Of a stretch of DNA of 32,000 nucleotides, positions 18,310 to 26,562 are shown piece after piece. Source of the stretch: Microcystis aeruginosa NIES-843 (GTDB lineage: Bacteria > Cyanobacteriota > Cyanobacteriia > Cyanobacteriales > Microcystaceae); assembly GCF_000010625.1 (NCBI RefSeq), contig NC_010296.1, forward strand, positions 4,140,001-4,172,000, in the 5' to 3' direction. The number at the start of each line of letters is the position of its first letter. The stretch's first letter is position 1. The position numbers and the translations under genes were made by a program. The notes below the pieces were generated by a model. It saw nothing but the letters and a program-made list of their open reading frames with translations, was not told the origin of the DNA and searched no databases.

Positions 18310-18313
18310 ATGA

Positions 18314-18428
18314 GCAGAAAACGAGTTTCTCGGAGAAACCCGTTTTCTGTGCTGAAAAAGTACGGGCGAAGCATTCGGATAGAAAATCTCCGGTTTCACC
18401 GATAGGTTATTGCCCGAATGCTTCGCCC
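18314..18428. repeat. Two adjacent long perfect hairpins
   Basis: Hairpin 1: CAGAAAACG...CGTTTTCTG with inner stem GTTTCTC/GAGAAAC (18314-18351). Hairpin 2: the 15-bp stem GGGCGAAGCATTCGG (18364-18378) pairs with CCGAATGCTTCGCCC (18414-18428). Confidence 0.8.
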
Positions 18429-18552
18429 CTACAGGACGCGGGCCGATGAAGACGCGAGGTTTTGAACGACGATTCTCTCAAAATCTTGCACCTGTTTCGC
18501 TCGTAAAGCCCCAAAACCCTTACTTTGCCTAAATTTCACATTTATTCAGCAA

Positions 18553-18635
18553 GCCCTAAGTAGTTGGTTATAATTAAATTAAAAATGGATTTTAGGTTCG
18601 ATCCCCCCTGCCCCCCTTGATAAGGGGGGGTGTTG
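18553..18635 (-). repeat. Inverted copy of the repeat found upstream of the protease gene
   Basis: The reverse complement reads CCTTATCAAGGGGGGCAGGGGGGATCGAACCTAAAATCCATTTTTAATTTAATTATAACCAACTACTTAG, which aligns with 11483-11553. Confidence 0.7.
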
Positions 18636-18670
18636 CCTTTTCTCATCTTAAAAAAACAGGAGACAGGACA

Positions 18671-18904
18671 ATGACATCGATCGAATTGCGGCAAAAACTA
18701 ATCAACCAAATTGAGCGGCTGAGTTTTGAAAAACTTCTCGTTTTAGAAAAGCTGATCGAAAGTTTAGAAAGCCATTTACCAGAAACCTCAAAAAATATAG
18801 ATTCTGCCCCAGAATCTCCAGCTTCAACAAATACTTATTTAGAAGATGATCCAATTATAGGAATGTGTTCTGGTGTAATTCCTAATCTTATTGTTACTAC
18901 TTGA
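18671..18904 (+). pseudogene. Antitoxin-like small protein, C-terminus replaced by an IS4 relic
   Basis: MTSIELRQKLINQIERLSFEKLLVLEKLIESLE...LEDDPIIGM resembles small cyanobacterial antitoxin-type proteins. From about 18881 the ORF runs into IS4-homologous DNA. AGGAGA lies upstream of the ATG at 18671. Confidence 0.45.
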
Positions 18905-18959
18905 ATATCTTCGGGTATTTGTTGTTGTGTTTCCGACCAAGAATTTAACCATCTTTGAC
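18881..18959 (-). mobile_element. IS4 relic, fragment 1
   Basis: Aligns with about 10813-10891 of the complete IS4 copy in the same orientation, with a few mismatches. Confidence 0.8.
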
Positions 18960-19015
18960 ACTAAATCTGGTTATTAAGTAGGGTTTGCTGAATAAATCTA
19001 AAAACATATCGTACA

Positions 19016-19150
19016 GATAAGGGGATTCTGATTCAATCTGATGTCATAGGTTCCTACAATATTTTACGAAAAGCATTCCCAAATGCGTTTAACCGCTATG
19101 GGATAGAGAGGTGCGTAGTTCACCCAAGGAGAATCAATCTCTCGAAGTAA
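19016..19150 (+). pseudogene. TnpB (IS200/IS605 family accessory nuclease) C-terminal relic
   Basis: Translates to DKGILIQSDVIGSYNILRKAFPNAFNRYGIERCVVHPRRINLSK-stop. This is the characteristic ...D(V/I)NGSYNILRKA... tail of TnpB proteins. There is no upstream coding body. Confidence 0.6.
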
Positions 19151-19213
19151 AAGTGAAAGGAATTTCTGAAATGGAATTCAGTCTGTCTATATTTGACTAT
19201 ACTTTTACTAACT

Positions 19214-19263
19214 ATTCCGACCGGGGACACTCCTAATGTGGTATCAACTTTGAGCCAAAGGAT
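19214..19263 (-). mobile_element. IS4 relic, fragment 2
   Basis: Aligns with about 10991-11042 of the complete IS4. The ORF at 19120..19308 contains VDTTLGVSPVGI, compared with VHTTLGVSPVGI in the intact transposase. Confidence 0.8.
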
Positions 19264-19265
19264 GT

Positions 19266-19626
19266 TTGACATCCTCACCGCCGTAAACGGACGGTGATTC
19301 CTCACCACGCCACCTTTTTAGGATGGTCGTTGAATGGGGTTGACGCTTCACAGGATGCTGCTACCTTAGCGGTAGTCTTACACTTTCTCCACGTCCGTTT
19401 TGAGTGTCCGAATGCCCTCCGGCCACTTTGAACAAGTCGAAAAAATCTCATGTTCAACCTTATTTCCTAGAAAGTTTTACTCGTTCAAGGCCGAATTTGA
19501 AGTCTTTTCTGAACGAAACCCCCTACTATCTGTGGTCAAGGTTCGGTTTTTAGCTTGGTTATCGCTTTTTGCATTGTAGCTTAAAGCCGTCCTAAAAGGA
19601 CGGGGTTTTCAACCCAAATTTTCGAT
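19266..19626 (-). mobile_element. Non-autonomous IS200/IS605-type element (PATE-like), copy A
   Basis: It shares the left-end hairpin (AAAGCCGTC...GACGGGGTTT plus CCCAAATTTTCGAT) and the right end (GAATCACCGTCCGTTTACGGCGGTGAGGATGTCAA) with the tnpB element at 22769-24091, but has no tnpB. Apart from one ~40-bp block it is 90-96% identical to the inverted copy B. Confidence 0.7.
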
Positions 19627-19707
19627 AAATTTTCACAACTCGATCGCTACAACTATCCGGCCAAGAACTACAATAACCCTAGCATCTGTGTGAAAAAAGG
19701 CCTATCT

Positions 19708-20010
19708 ATGCAACTTTCGCCCCAAGAAAAAGATAAATTACTCATTTTCACGGCGGCACTGCTCGCCGAAAGACGCAAAAATCGCGGTATCAAGTTAAAT
19801 TATCCCGAAGCGATCGCCTATATTAGCGCCGCCATCCTCGAGGGTGCTAGGGAAGGTCGTAGCGTGGCTGAATTGATGAGTTACGGCACTACTTTATTAA
19901 CTCGCGAGGAGGTAATGGAAGGTATCCCGGAAATGATTACGGAAGTGCAGATCGAGGCGACTTTTCCCGATGGCACTAAATTAGTTACCGTTCACAATCC
20001 CATTCACTAA
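19708..20010 (+). CDS. ureA: Urease subunit gamma
   Basis: [57 protein letters not shown] is canonical UreA, 100 aa from the ATG at 19708. Confidence 0.95.
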
Positions 20011-20029
20011 CAGGAGATTTTTAGCAGTT

Positions 20030-20356
20030 ATGATTCCGGGAGAAATTATCACACCATCCGGGGCGATCGAGATTAATGTCGGTCGCGACACCCTGCGTAT
20101 TTCTGTGGCTAATACAGGCGATCGACCCATTCAAGTGGGTTCCCACTATCATTTTTATGAAGTTAATCAGGCCCTGGAGTTCCAGCGCGAATTAACCAAA
20201 GGAACCCATCTGAATATTCCCGCGGGTACATCAGTTCGATTTGAACCGGGAGACACGAAAGAGGTGGAATTAGTTACCATCGCGGGAACTGAAGAAATTT
20301 ATGGCTTTAATGGTTTAATTAATGGTTCCCTCAAGGGCAAGAAAAAGAAAAAGTAA
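20030..20356 (+). CDS. ureB: Urease subunit beta
   Basis: [46 protein letters not shown] is canonical UreB. It has a Lys-rich tail. Confidence 0.95.
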   Translation: MIPGEIITPSGAIEINVGRDTLRISVANTGDRPIQVGSHYHFYEVNQALEFQRELTKGTHLNIPAGTSVRFEPGDTKEVELVTIAGTEEIYGFNGLINGSLKGKKKKK

Positions 20357-20438
20357 GGCCTTAACGGAAAAATTATCACAGTTCGATCGCTCAATTATGG
20401 TACAATCAAGGCAACGATAACTAATTCTTTCCAAGACT

Positions 20439-21314
20439 ATGACGACGGTAAAAATTGGCATCATTGGCGGCAGTGGTTTGTATAAAATGGATGCCCTCAA
20501 GGATGTGCGGGAAGTATCCCTCGATACTCCTTTTGGTTCTCCTTCCGATGCTTTAATTCTCGGTACTTTAGAGGGAACAGAAGTTGCCTTTTTAGCGCGT
20601 CATGGCAGAAATCACCATTTTTTACCGACCGAATTACCCTTTCGCGCTAATATTCACGCTCTCAAACAATTAGGGGTTGAATATATTATTTCCGCTTCGG
20701 CCGTTGGTTCCCTAAAAGCCGAAGTTAAACCCCTAGATTTAGTCATTCCCGATCAATTTATTGACAGAACTAAAGAGAGAATAGCGACTTTTTTTGGGGA
20801 AGGAATTGTTGCTCACGTTGCCTTTGGTGATCCCATTTGTCCCCAATTAGCCGAAATTTTAGGGGATGCCGTCGCTAGTTTAAACCTACCGGAAGTTACC
20901 TTGCATCGCGGCGGTACATACCTCTGTATGGAAGGGCCGGCTTTTTCTACTAAAGCGGAATCAAATCTCTATAGAAGTTGGGGGGCAACCGTGATCGGTA
21001 TGACCAATTTAACCGAGGCCAAATTAGCCCGAGAAGCGGAAATTGCCTACGCTACCTTAGCCCTAGTTACCGATTACGATTGTTGGCATCCCGACCACGA
21101 TCATGTCACGGTAGAAATGGTGATCGAAAATCTCCACCATAACGCTATTAATGCCCAAAAAGTTATTCAAGAAACGGTGCGTCGTCTGGCAGCTAATCCT
21201 CCCGTTTCCGCCGCTCATTCTGCCCTTAAATACGCTATTCTTACCCGTCTAGATTCTGTTCCCGTCGCCACTAAAGAAAAATTAGCTCTCTTTTTGAAAA
21301 AATATCTTGAATAA
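20439..21314 (+). CDS. mtnP: S-methyl-5'-thioadenosine phosphorylase
   Basis: [41 protein letters not shown], and the [15 protein letters not shown] motif are typical of MTAP/PNP family 2. Confidence 0.9.
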   Translation: MTTVKIGIIGGSGLYKMDALKDVREVSLDTPFGSPSDALILGTLEGTEVAFLARHGRNHHFLPTELPFRANIHALKQLGVEYIISASAVGSLKAEVKPLDLVIPDQFIDRTKERIATFFGEGIVAHVAFGDPICPQLAEILGDAVASLNLPEVTLHRGGTYLCMEGPAFSTKAESNLYRSWGATVIGMTNLTEAKLAREAEIAYATLALVTDYDCWHPDHDHVTVEMVIENLHHNAINAQKVIQETVRRLAANPPVSAAHSALKYAILTRLDSVPVATKEKLALFLKKYLE

Positions 21315-21422
21315 ATAGAGAAATAAGAGCGGAGAAAAGTCGCCGATGAATCTAGAAATGGGTCATTTTTCTCGCTGTTATCCAGACGCTCAATTTGACC
21401 CAAATTCTAGGTTATCTCTAGC

Positions 21423-22379
21423 TTAACTAGCTAGATATTCTCTGATGTTGCCCTTGCGTTTTCTTAATTTAGCGATCGCTTCTCGTTCGATCTGACGCAC
21501 GCGTTCACGACTGATATTGAGTCGAACGCCAATTTTTGCTAGGGTGAGGGGCTGCCCATTATCTAAACCAAAACGCAGACAAATCACTTCTTTTTGTTGA
21601 GGGGTGAGGTCTGCCATCAGTTTTTCCAAATCCACTTGGAGGGAAGAATAGGCAGTGTAATCTTCGGGGGAAAGTCCCGTATCTTCCAAGAGTTCCCCTA
21701 ATTCCGTGTCTTGATTGTCCCCCACCTTTAAGTCAAGGGAAAGGGGTTGACGGGACCTTTCCAAGTAGTCTCGCACCTGTTTGGGAGTTAGGTCTAATTC
21801 CTCGGCTAATTCGGCAATGGTGGCAGCGCGACCTTTATCTTGAGCTAGTTGACGCTGGGCTTTTTTGATTTTATTCAGTTTTTCGGTGATGTGGATGGGC
21901 AGACGGATGGTGCGACTTTTTTCTGCGATCGCCCGGGTGATGGCTTGGCGAATCCACCAATAGGCATAGGTGGAAAAGCGATAGCCTTTGGTGGGATCGA
22001 ATTTTTCCACACCTCTTTGCATCCCAATCGTTCCCTCTTGGATAAGGTCTAATAGATCTAGATTGCGTTTTAGGTATTTTTTAGCGACGGAAACCACTAG
22101 ACGCAGGTTCGCTTCTACCATCTTGCGTTTGGCGAAATCCCCTGCCCCCAATTCTCGACGGAGTTGTTCTTCACTAATTTCCGCCGCTTCTGACCATTGG
22201 CGATCGCTGGGGTCGCTGCCGAGTTTCACCTTTAGGGATTCTTTGATTTTTTCCAGAAAAATTAATCTTTGTACCTGTTTCGCGTAGAGAATTTCTTCTT
22301 CATGGGTGAGAAGGGGAACTCGGCCAATTTCTCTGAGATAGGCGCGAACTGGATCGGTGGGGTTTTTCGAGGTTTTCAT
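21423..22379 (-). CDS. Group 2 sigma-70 family RNA polymerase sigma factor
   Basis: [21 protein letters not shown] (region 1.2), [37 protein letters not shown] (region 2), and region 4 [21 protein letters not shown]. Confidence 0.9.
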   Translation of the reverse strand: MKTSKNPTDPVRAYLREIGRVPLLTHEEEILYAKQVQRLIFLEKIKESLKVKLGSDPSDRQWSEAAEISEEQLRRELGAGDFAKRKMVEANLRLVVSVAKKYLKRNLDLLDLIQEGTIGMQRGVEKFDPTKGYRFSTYAYWWIRQAITRAIAEKSRTIRLPIHITEKLNKIKKAQRQLAQDKGRAATIAELAEELDLTPKQVRDYLERSRQPLSLDLKVGDNQDTELGELLEDTGLSPEDYTAYSSLQVDLEKLMADLTPQQKEVICLRFGLDNGQPLTLAKIGVRLNISRERVRQIEREAIAKLRKRKGNIREYLAS

Positions 22380-22768
22380 GAGTGCGCGTCGGTTGAGGGT
22401 TGATATTCAGGGATTGATGGCGTTTTTCAGATCGCTTCCCCAGGGGCAGTTAAGGAGATGCTATCAGGGTTTTTTCTAGTTTTGTAAAGAGATTAGTAAG
22501 TGATCACTCAAGGATATAGAGAAATCTAATTGAAGATTTAATTGCCTCTATAGTTCTTTTTTTGGCTAGATATAGAGTTTATCGGCATAAATGGCAAGTA
22601 GTAAGAACCTTGGTTGTTTAACCAATATTACAACAATTATTAAATATTGTAAAGTTTATGAGAAAAAAAATATCCCTATCAGGAACGCAGCAAGGAAGGG
22701 GAGGTTTGAGTATCTGTACCCATAGATTACCCAAAGGTTTCCAATCAGGATGCAATCTAGATGACAAA

Positions 22769-22960
22769 TTGACATCCTCACCGCCGTAAACGGACGGTGA
22801 TTCCCAAACCTCACGATTTAGGTTTCTGCTTCTTTCCCTTGCGGGGTTCCGCACCTGCCTTAACAGATTTACTCTGTTCTGGTCTTATGGTCGCTCTACA
22901 GACTGACACCGCAAGCCCTGCGGCCAAAATATTTTTACTAGCGTTAATATCTCGGTCATG
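22769..22960 (-). ncRNA. Putative TnpB omega (right-end) RNA region
   Basis: This is established-knowledge inference. In IS200/IS605 elements the guide RNA overlaps the tnpB 3' end and stops at the right-end boundary. The boundaries here are not determined from the sequence alone. Confidence 0.35.
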
Positions 22961-23999
22961 GTGAGTCCCACAGTCTGGACAGTCCCATTCTCGAACATTT
23001 AACGGCATTTTCAAGGGCAATATACCCGCAATTACTACACCTTTTAGAGCTAGGAAACCATCTATCTATTTCGATGTAATTTCTTCCATACCAACGGCAT
23101 TTATAGGCTAATTGTCGGGTAATTTCTCCCCAGCTTACATCAGATATTGCCTGAGATAATTTCGGGTTTTTGACCATATTCTTGACGGCTAAATTCTCAA
23201 CCACAATCGTTTGGTTTTCACGAACTAATTGAGTGGTTAGCTTATGTAAATGGTCTTTTCTACTATCCGTGATTTGAGCGTGAATCTTGGCTACTTTGAT
23301 TCTTGCTTTTTCCCGATTTTTTGACCCTTTCTGTTTTCTAGAAAGGCTTTTTTGTGCTTTTCGCAACCTCTGATAATGTTTCTTAAAATGCTTGGGATTA
23401 GACACTTTATCGCCATCGCTGGTAATCACGAGGCTACTAATTCCTAAGTCAATTCCAATGGCTTTATCTGTTACTGGTAGAGGCTTAATCGTTGGGTCAT
23501 CAAATCTTATTGAGATATGCCAACGTCCAGAAGGATGTAATCTGACTGTTACTGTGCTTGGTTCACAGCTTTCTGGTATTTGTCTTGACCATCGAATAGG
23601 TAAAGGTTCTGTGCATTTAGCTAAATAGATTTGTCTGTCTTTAATTTTAAAAGCAGATTTGGTAAATTCGGCACTTCCTCCCTGATGTTTTTTCTTAAAG
23701 TTAGGATACTTAGTACGACCAGCAAAGAAGTTAGTAAAAGCTGTTTGTAGGTGTCTTAACCCTTGTTGTAAAGGTACACAGCTTACTTCATTGAGAAAGT
23801 CTAATTCTTCTTGCTTTTTCCACTCGGTCAACATTGAAGAAGTTTCAGTATATCCTACTCTTTCTTGTCTTTCATACCAAGCTTGTGTTCTGACATGGAG
23901 AGCTTTGTTGTAAACTAATCTTACACAGCCCAAAGTGCGCCGCAATAGCGACTCTTGTTCGGGTGTGGGGTAAAATCGGAACGAGTAGGCTTTTTCCAT
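22811..23999 (-). pseudogene. tnpB: tnpB (RNA-guided nuclease family), frameshifted
   Basis: The 347-aa ORF ends ...[16 protein letters not shown]. The expected continuation [29 protein letters not shown] lies in another frame (ORF 22811..23020). A 1-nt indel near 23005-23020 explains the split. Confidence 0.8.
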
Positions 24000-24311
24000 A
24001 CCTCACATTCTAGCATATATTTCGTAAATGTTCTAATATTTAACAGTAAAGCCGTCGTAGAACGACGGGGTTTCAGACCCAAATTTTCGATGAGCAATTT
24101 TCTCAGATAGCGATCGCAGGGCGATCAGTGAGGGGTTTGTACTAAAATGTCCAATAGGCAGTTTAAATGCAGTAAAGCCGATATTTTCTAGCAAATTTCT
24201 TGATTGTCAGCCCTTGGCTGGCAAAAAAGCAGCGAAAAAATCACAAAAATCCGCTGAGATGTCTTCCCAAGACATCAATTAGGGTCTGCTGAAAAAGTCG
24301 CTCAGGGAATT

Positions 24312-24672
24312 ATCGAAAATTTGGGTTAAAACCCCGTCCTTTTAGGACGGCTTTAAGCTACAATGGAAAAAGCGATAACCAAGCTAAAAACTGAACCTTG
24401 ACAACAGATAGTAGGGGGTTTTGTTCAGAAAAGACTTCAAATTCGGCCTTGAACGAGTAAAACTTTCTAGGAAATAAGGTTGAACATGAGATTTTTTCGA
24501 CTTGTTCAAAGTGGCCGTCCGGCATCCGGACACTCAAAACGGACGGGTCGAAAGAGTCAGACTTAAGCAATTAAGCGTTTTTCGGTGAAGCGTCAACCCC
24601 ATTGACGCGACCACCCTAAAAAAGTGGCGTGGTGAGGAATCGCCGTCCGTTTTACGGCGGCGAGGATGTCAA
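24312..24672 (+). mobile_element. Non-autonomous IS200/IS605-type element (PATE-like), copy B
   Basis: Begins ATCGAAAATTTGGGTTAAAACCCCGTCCTTTTAGGACGGCTTTAAG and ends ...CGCCGTCCGTTTTACGGCGGCGAGGATGTCAA. It is an inverted homologue of 19266-19626. Confidence 0.7.
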
Positions 24673-24778
24673 GTGATATTGTCTGGCAATTTTCACTGGT
24701 ATCGAACGCCTCAATGGTTCTGATCGCCGCACCTTCCCCACCGGTGCGTTGCTGGGGGTGGGGCATGACGCTTAAATG

Positions 24779-25078
24779 CTATTTTGGTTTAGTTTGGACG
24801 CTAATAGGGCCATTAACGCTGGTTTGACAGGCTAAACGATAATTTTCGGGTTTTTTCTTCAGACAGCGCTGTTCAAAGTCGGTTTTGGCCGAGAGATTTT
24901 CCATACCCTCGACAATTGCCACTATACAAGTACCACACTGACCGTAACCGCCACAATTCATCAATTTACCGCCAAAAGTGTAGATATCAACGCCATTCTG
25001 GATTGCTTTCTCTCGTAAATTCGCTCCATCTGCCGCTACCACGATCTTATTCTCTTTGACGAAGTTGATGTTACCCAT
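24779..25078 (-). CDS. 2Fe-2S ferredoxin-like iron-sulfur protein
   Basis: 99 aa. The Cys pattern C-x5-C-x2-C ([10 protein letters not shown]) plus the distal Cys in YRLACQT fits a plant-type 2Fe-2S fold. Confidence 0.7.
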   Translation of the reverse strand: MGNINFVKENKIVVAADGANLREKAIQNGVDIYTFGGKLMNCGGYGQCGTCIVAIVEGMENLSAKTDFEQRCLKKKPENYRLACQTSVNGPISVQTKPK

Positions 25079-25121
25079 GACTGTGTTACCCTAAATTTTT
25101 GCAAATTAATATTAAAAAATA

Positions 25122-26381
25122 TTAAATTTTTTTGATTGTAACATTTTTGGCTCGCTGTTCTAAATATTCGGCGATGCCAATAGCGATCGCTTTTTTGCCG
25201 ATAAATTTCCCCAATGCCGCTTTTGTGACCAAATAAGCCACCTGTTCCCCTTGATCGCCCTTTTCCTCACCCCTATTAGCAATGACGGCCTGATAGCCCT
25301 TTTCTAGGCGTTTACGGGCGATTTCCAGCAACTCCTCCTGACTGACTCCCTCCTGATACTTGAAAGTCACCATCTCTAAATCGGGAAATTTTTCTCTCAC
25401 CTTGTCAATCACTTTTTCCGTCGGCACAAAATTAAGATTTAACGGCCCACCACTGGGAATTTTGCCAGAAAAAGGGCTTTCTAAGCGATAATCTGCCACT
25501 GCTGCCGAAAAAATCCCAAATTTATAATCTTTACTCTCTAATTCTCCCATAACCTTCCCTAGATACTCGTCATAAGTTTCAATAATTTCATGGGGTAAAT
25601 AAGCGGGAGGTGTATAGCTGCCGCGTCCGTGGATTAATTGCACCTTTGCCCCGCGCAGGTACAATTCTTCTGCAATAGCGACTCCTAATTGTCCGGTAAA
25701 ACGATTGGTTAAACGACGAATATTATCGATAATAACGGGTGTGGGTCCACCAGTGACTAAAATCGGCCTATTTTTCAGGACAGAATTACTGAGAATCCCA
25801 CAGGCTGCTACGGTGATCTCTTTTTCCCCGGGGAGATTGTGCTTACCGTAATCATCCCGGGGTGACATAATCTGGACTCCCCAGCGATCGAGAGTTTGCA
25901 AAGATTCGGTCAGAATAGCATTATGTAAACTGCCGTGCATGGTGGGGACAAGCAGAATTTTAGTTTTTCCCTTTTCCTGTCGTCCCAAGGCCGAGGCCAA
26001 GCATGAAGTGATCACTCCGTCAGCGATTCCGTAACGAAACTTATTAATCGTGTTATAGGTAGCGGGGGCGACTAAATAAAGATCAAAGGGAGATTGATCG
26101 CTTAAATGTTCTGCTTTTGCCGTTAATTGGCTAATTACGGGATTAACCGTACTCCATTCCAAAGCTTCCTTAGTGACGTATCTTAAAGCTTCTTCCGAGA
26201 CAAAAGCCACGACTGTAGCCCCGAATTTCCGCAAAGATCGGGCAATTAGCGGCGCTTTCATGGCCGCAATCCCTCCTGTCACCAGTAAAGCAATACGTTT
26301 ACCCCAGAGATGATGACTTTCTAAGGGTACTTCGCGATCGCTTAAGGGCGAATCCGTCGGAGAAGAGAAATTCCAAGTCAT
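25122..26381 (-). CDS. coaBC: Bifunctional phosphopantothenoylcysteine decarboxylase / phosphopantothenate-cysteine ligase
   Basis: N-terminal flavoprotein domain (KRIALLVTGGIAAMKAP...APATYNTINKFRYGIADG) and C-terminal DFP domain (ILVTGGPT...FSAAVADY). The start is taken at the ATG at 26381, because the upstream ORF extension runs into the heptamer repeat. Confidence 0.8.
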   Translation of the reverse strand: MTWNFSSPTDSPLSDREVPLESHHLWGKRIALLVTGGIAAMKAPLIARSLRKFGATVVAFVSEEALRYVTKEALEWSTVNPVISQLTAKAEHLSDQSPFDLYLVAPATYNTINKFRYGIADGVITSCLASALGRQEKGKTKILLVPTMHGSLHNAILTESLQTLDRWGVQIMSPRDDYGKHNLPGEKEITVAACGILSNSVLKNRPILVTGGPTPVIIDNIRRLTNRFTGQLGVAIAEELYLRGAKVQLIHGRGSYTPPAYLPHEIIETYDEYLGKVMGELESKDYKFGIFSAAVADYRLESPFSGKIPSGGPLNLNFVPTEKVIDKVREKFPDLEMVTFKYQEGVSQEELLEIARKRLEKGYQAVIANRGEEKGDQGEQVAYLVTKAALGKFIGKKAIAIGIAEYLEQRAKNVTIKKI

Positions 26382-26403
26382 AAATTTGGGGGTGGGGGTT
26401 TTG

Positions 26404-26479
26404 TCAGTGATCAGTAAACAGTAAACAGTGAACTGAAAACTCAAATCTGATCACTGATAACTGATAACTGATCACTGAT
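26404..26479. repeat. Heptamer (STRR-like) array, short copy of 226-327
   Basis: CAGTGATCAGTAAACAGTAAACAGTGAACTGAAAACTCAAATCTGATCACTGATAACTGATAACTGATCACTGAT. It has the same core and orientation as copy 1. Confidence 0.85.
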
Positions 26480-26562
26480 TCGGTTATCCCTATTCGGGGT
26501 TTGTCTATCCCTGAGGGAGAAACTGGTTATCCTAGTAAATAAAGGGTTGCTTCGGTGTTCTT

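Larger units (their letters stand above)
22769..24091 (-). mobile_element. IS200/IS605-family element carrying tnpB only (IS1341-like)
   Basis: The left-end hairpin AAAGCCGTCGTAGAACGACGGGGTTT plus CCCAAATTTTCGAT ends at 24091. The right end ...GGAATCACCGTCCGTTTACGGCGGTGAGGATGTCAA ends at about 22769. No tnpA is present. Confidence 0.75.

Noticed and set aside
17863-18449. ORFs 17863..18261, 18008..18193, 18076..18399 and 18258..18449
   Set aside because: They overlap the 3' end of the 871-aa gene in other frames or run through repeat and hairpin DNA. Their translations are low-complexity, with no start context.
18585-18612. GGTTCGATCCCCC, which resembles a tRNA T-arm
   Set aside because: The upstream sequence (TAATTAAATTAAAAATGGATTTTA) cannot form acceptor, D or anticodon arms. 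The motif is part of the palindromic repeat unit.
9834-18635. GC-rich palindromic repeats considered as a possible CRISPR array
   Set aside because: There are only 2-3 units per site. The units are directly adjacent or irregularly spaced, with no unique spacers of uniform length. They occur in both orientations and no cas genes are present. They behave like REP/MITE-type palindromes.
19708-20356. ureA-ureB without an adjacent ureC or accessory genes, considered as a possible truncated urease operon
   Set aside because: Urease genes are commonly scattered in cyanobacterial genomes. Both genes look intact, so this is not evidence of decay.
22618-22854. 78-aa ORF downstream of tnpB
   Set aside because: It overlaps the IS right end and putative omega RNA region and the flanking DNA. 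Its composition is implausible and it has no homologous copy.
24358-24570. 70-aa ORF inside PATE copy B
   Set aside because: The homologous copy A has no equivalent open frame in the ORF track. The sequence is dominated by conserved hairpins, which is more consistent with non-coding DNA.
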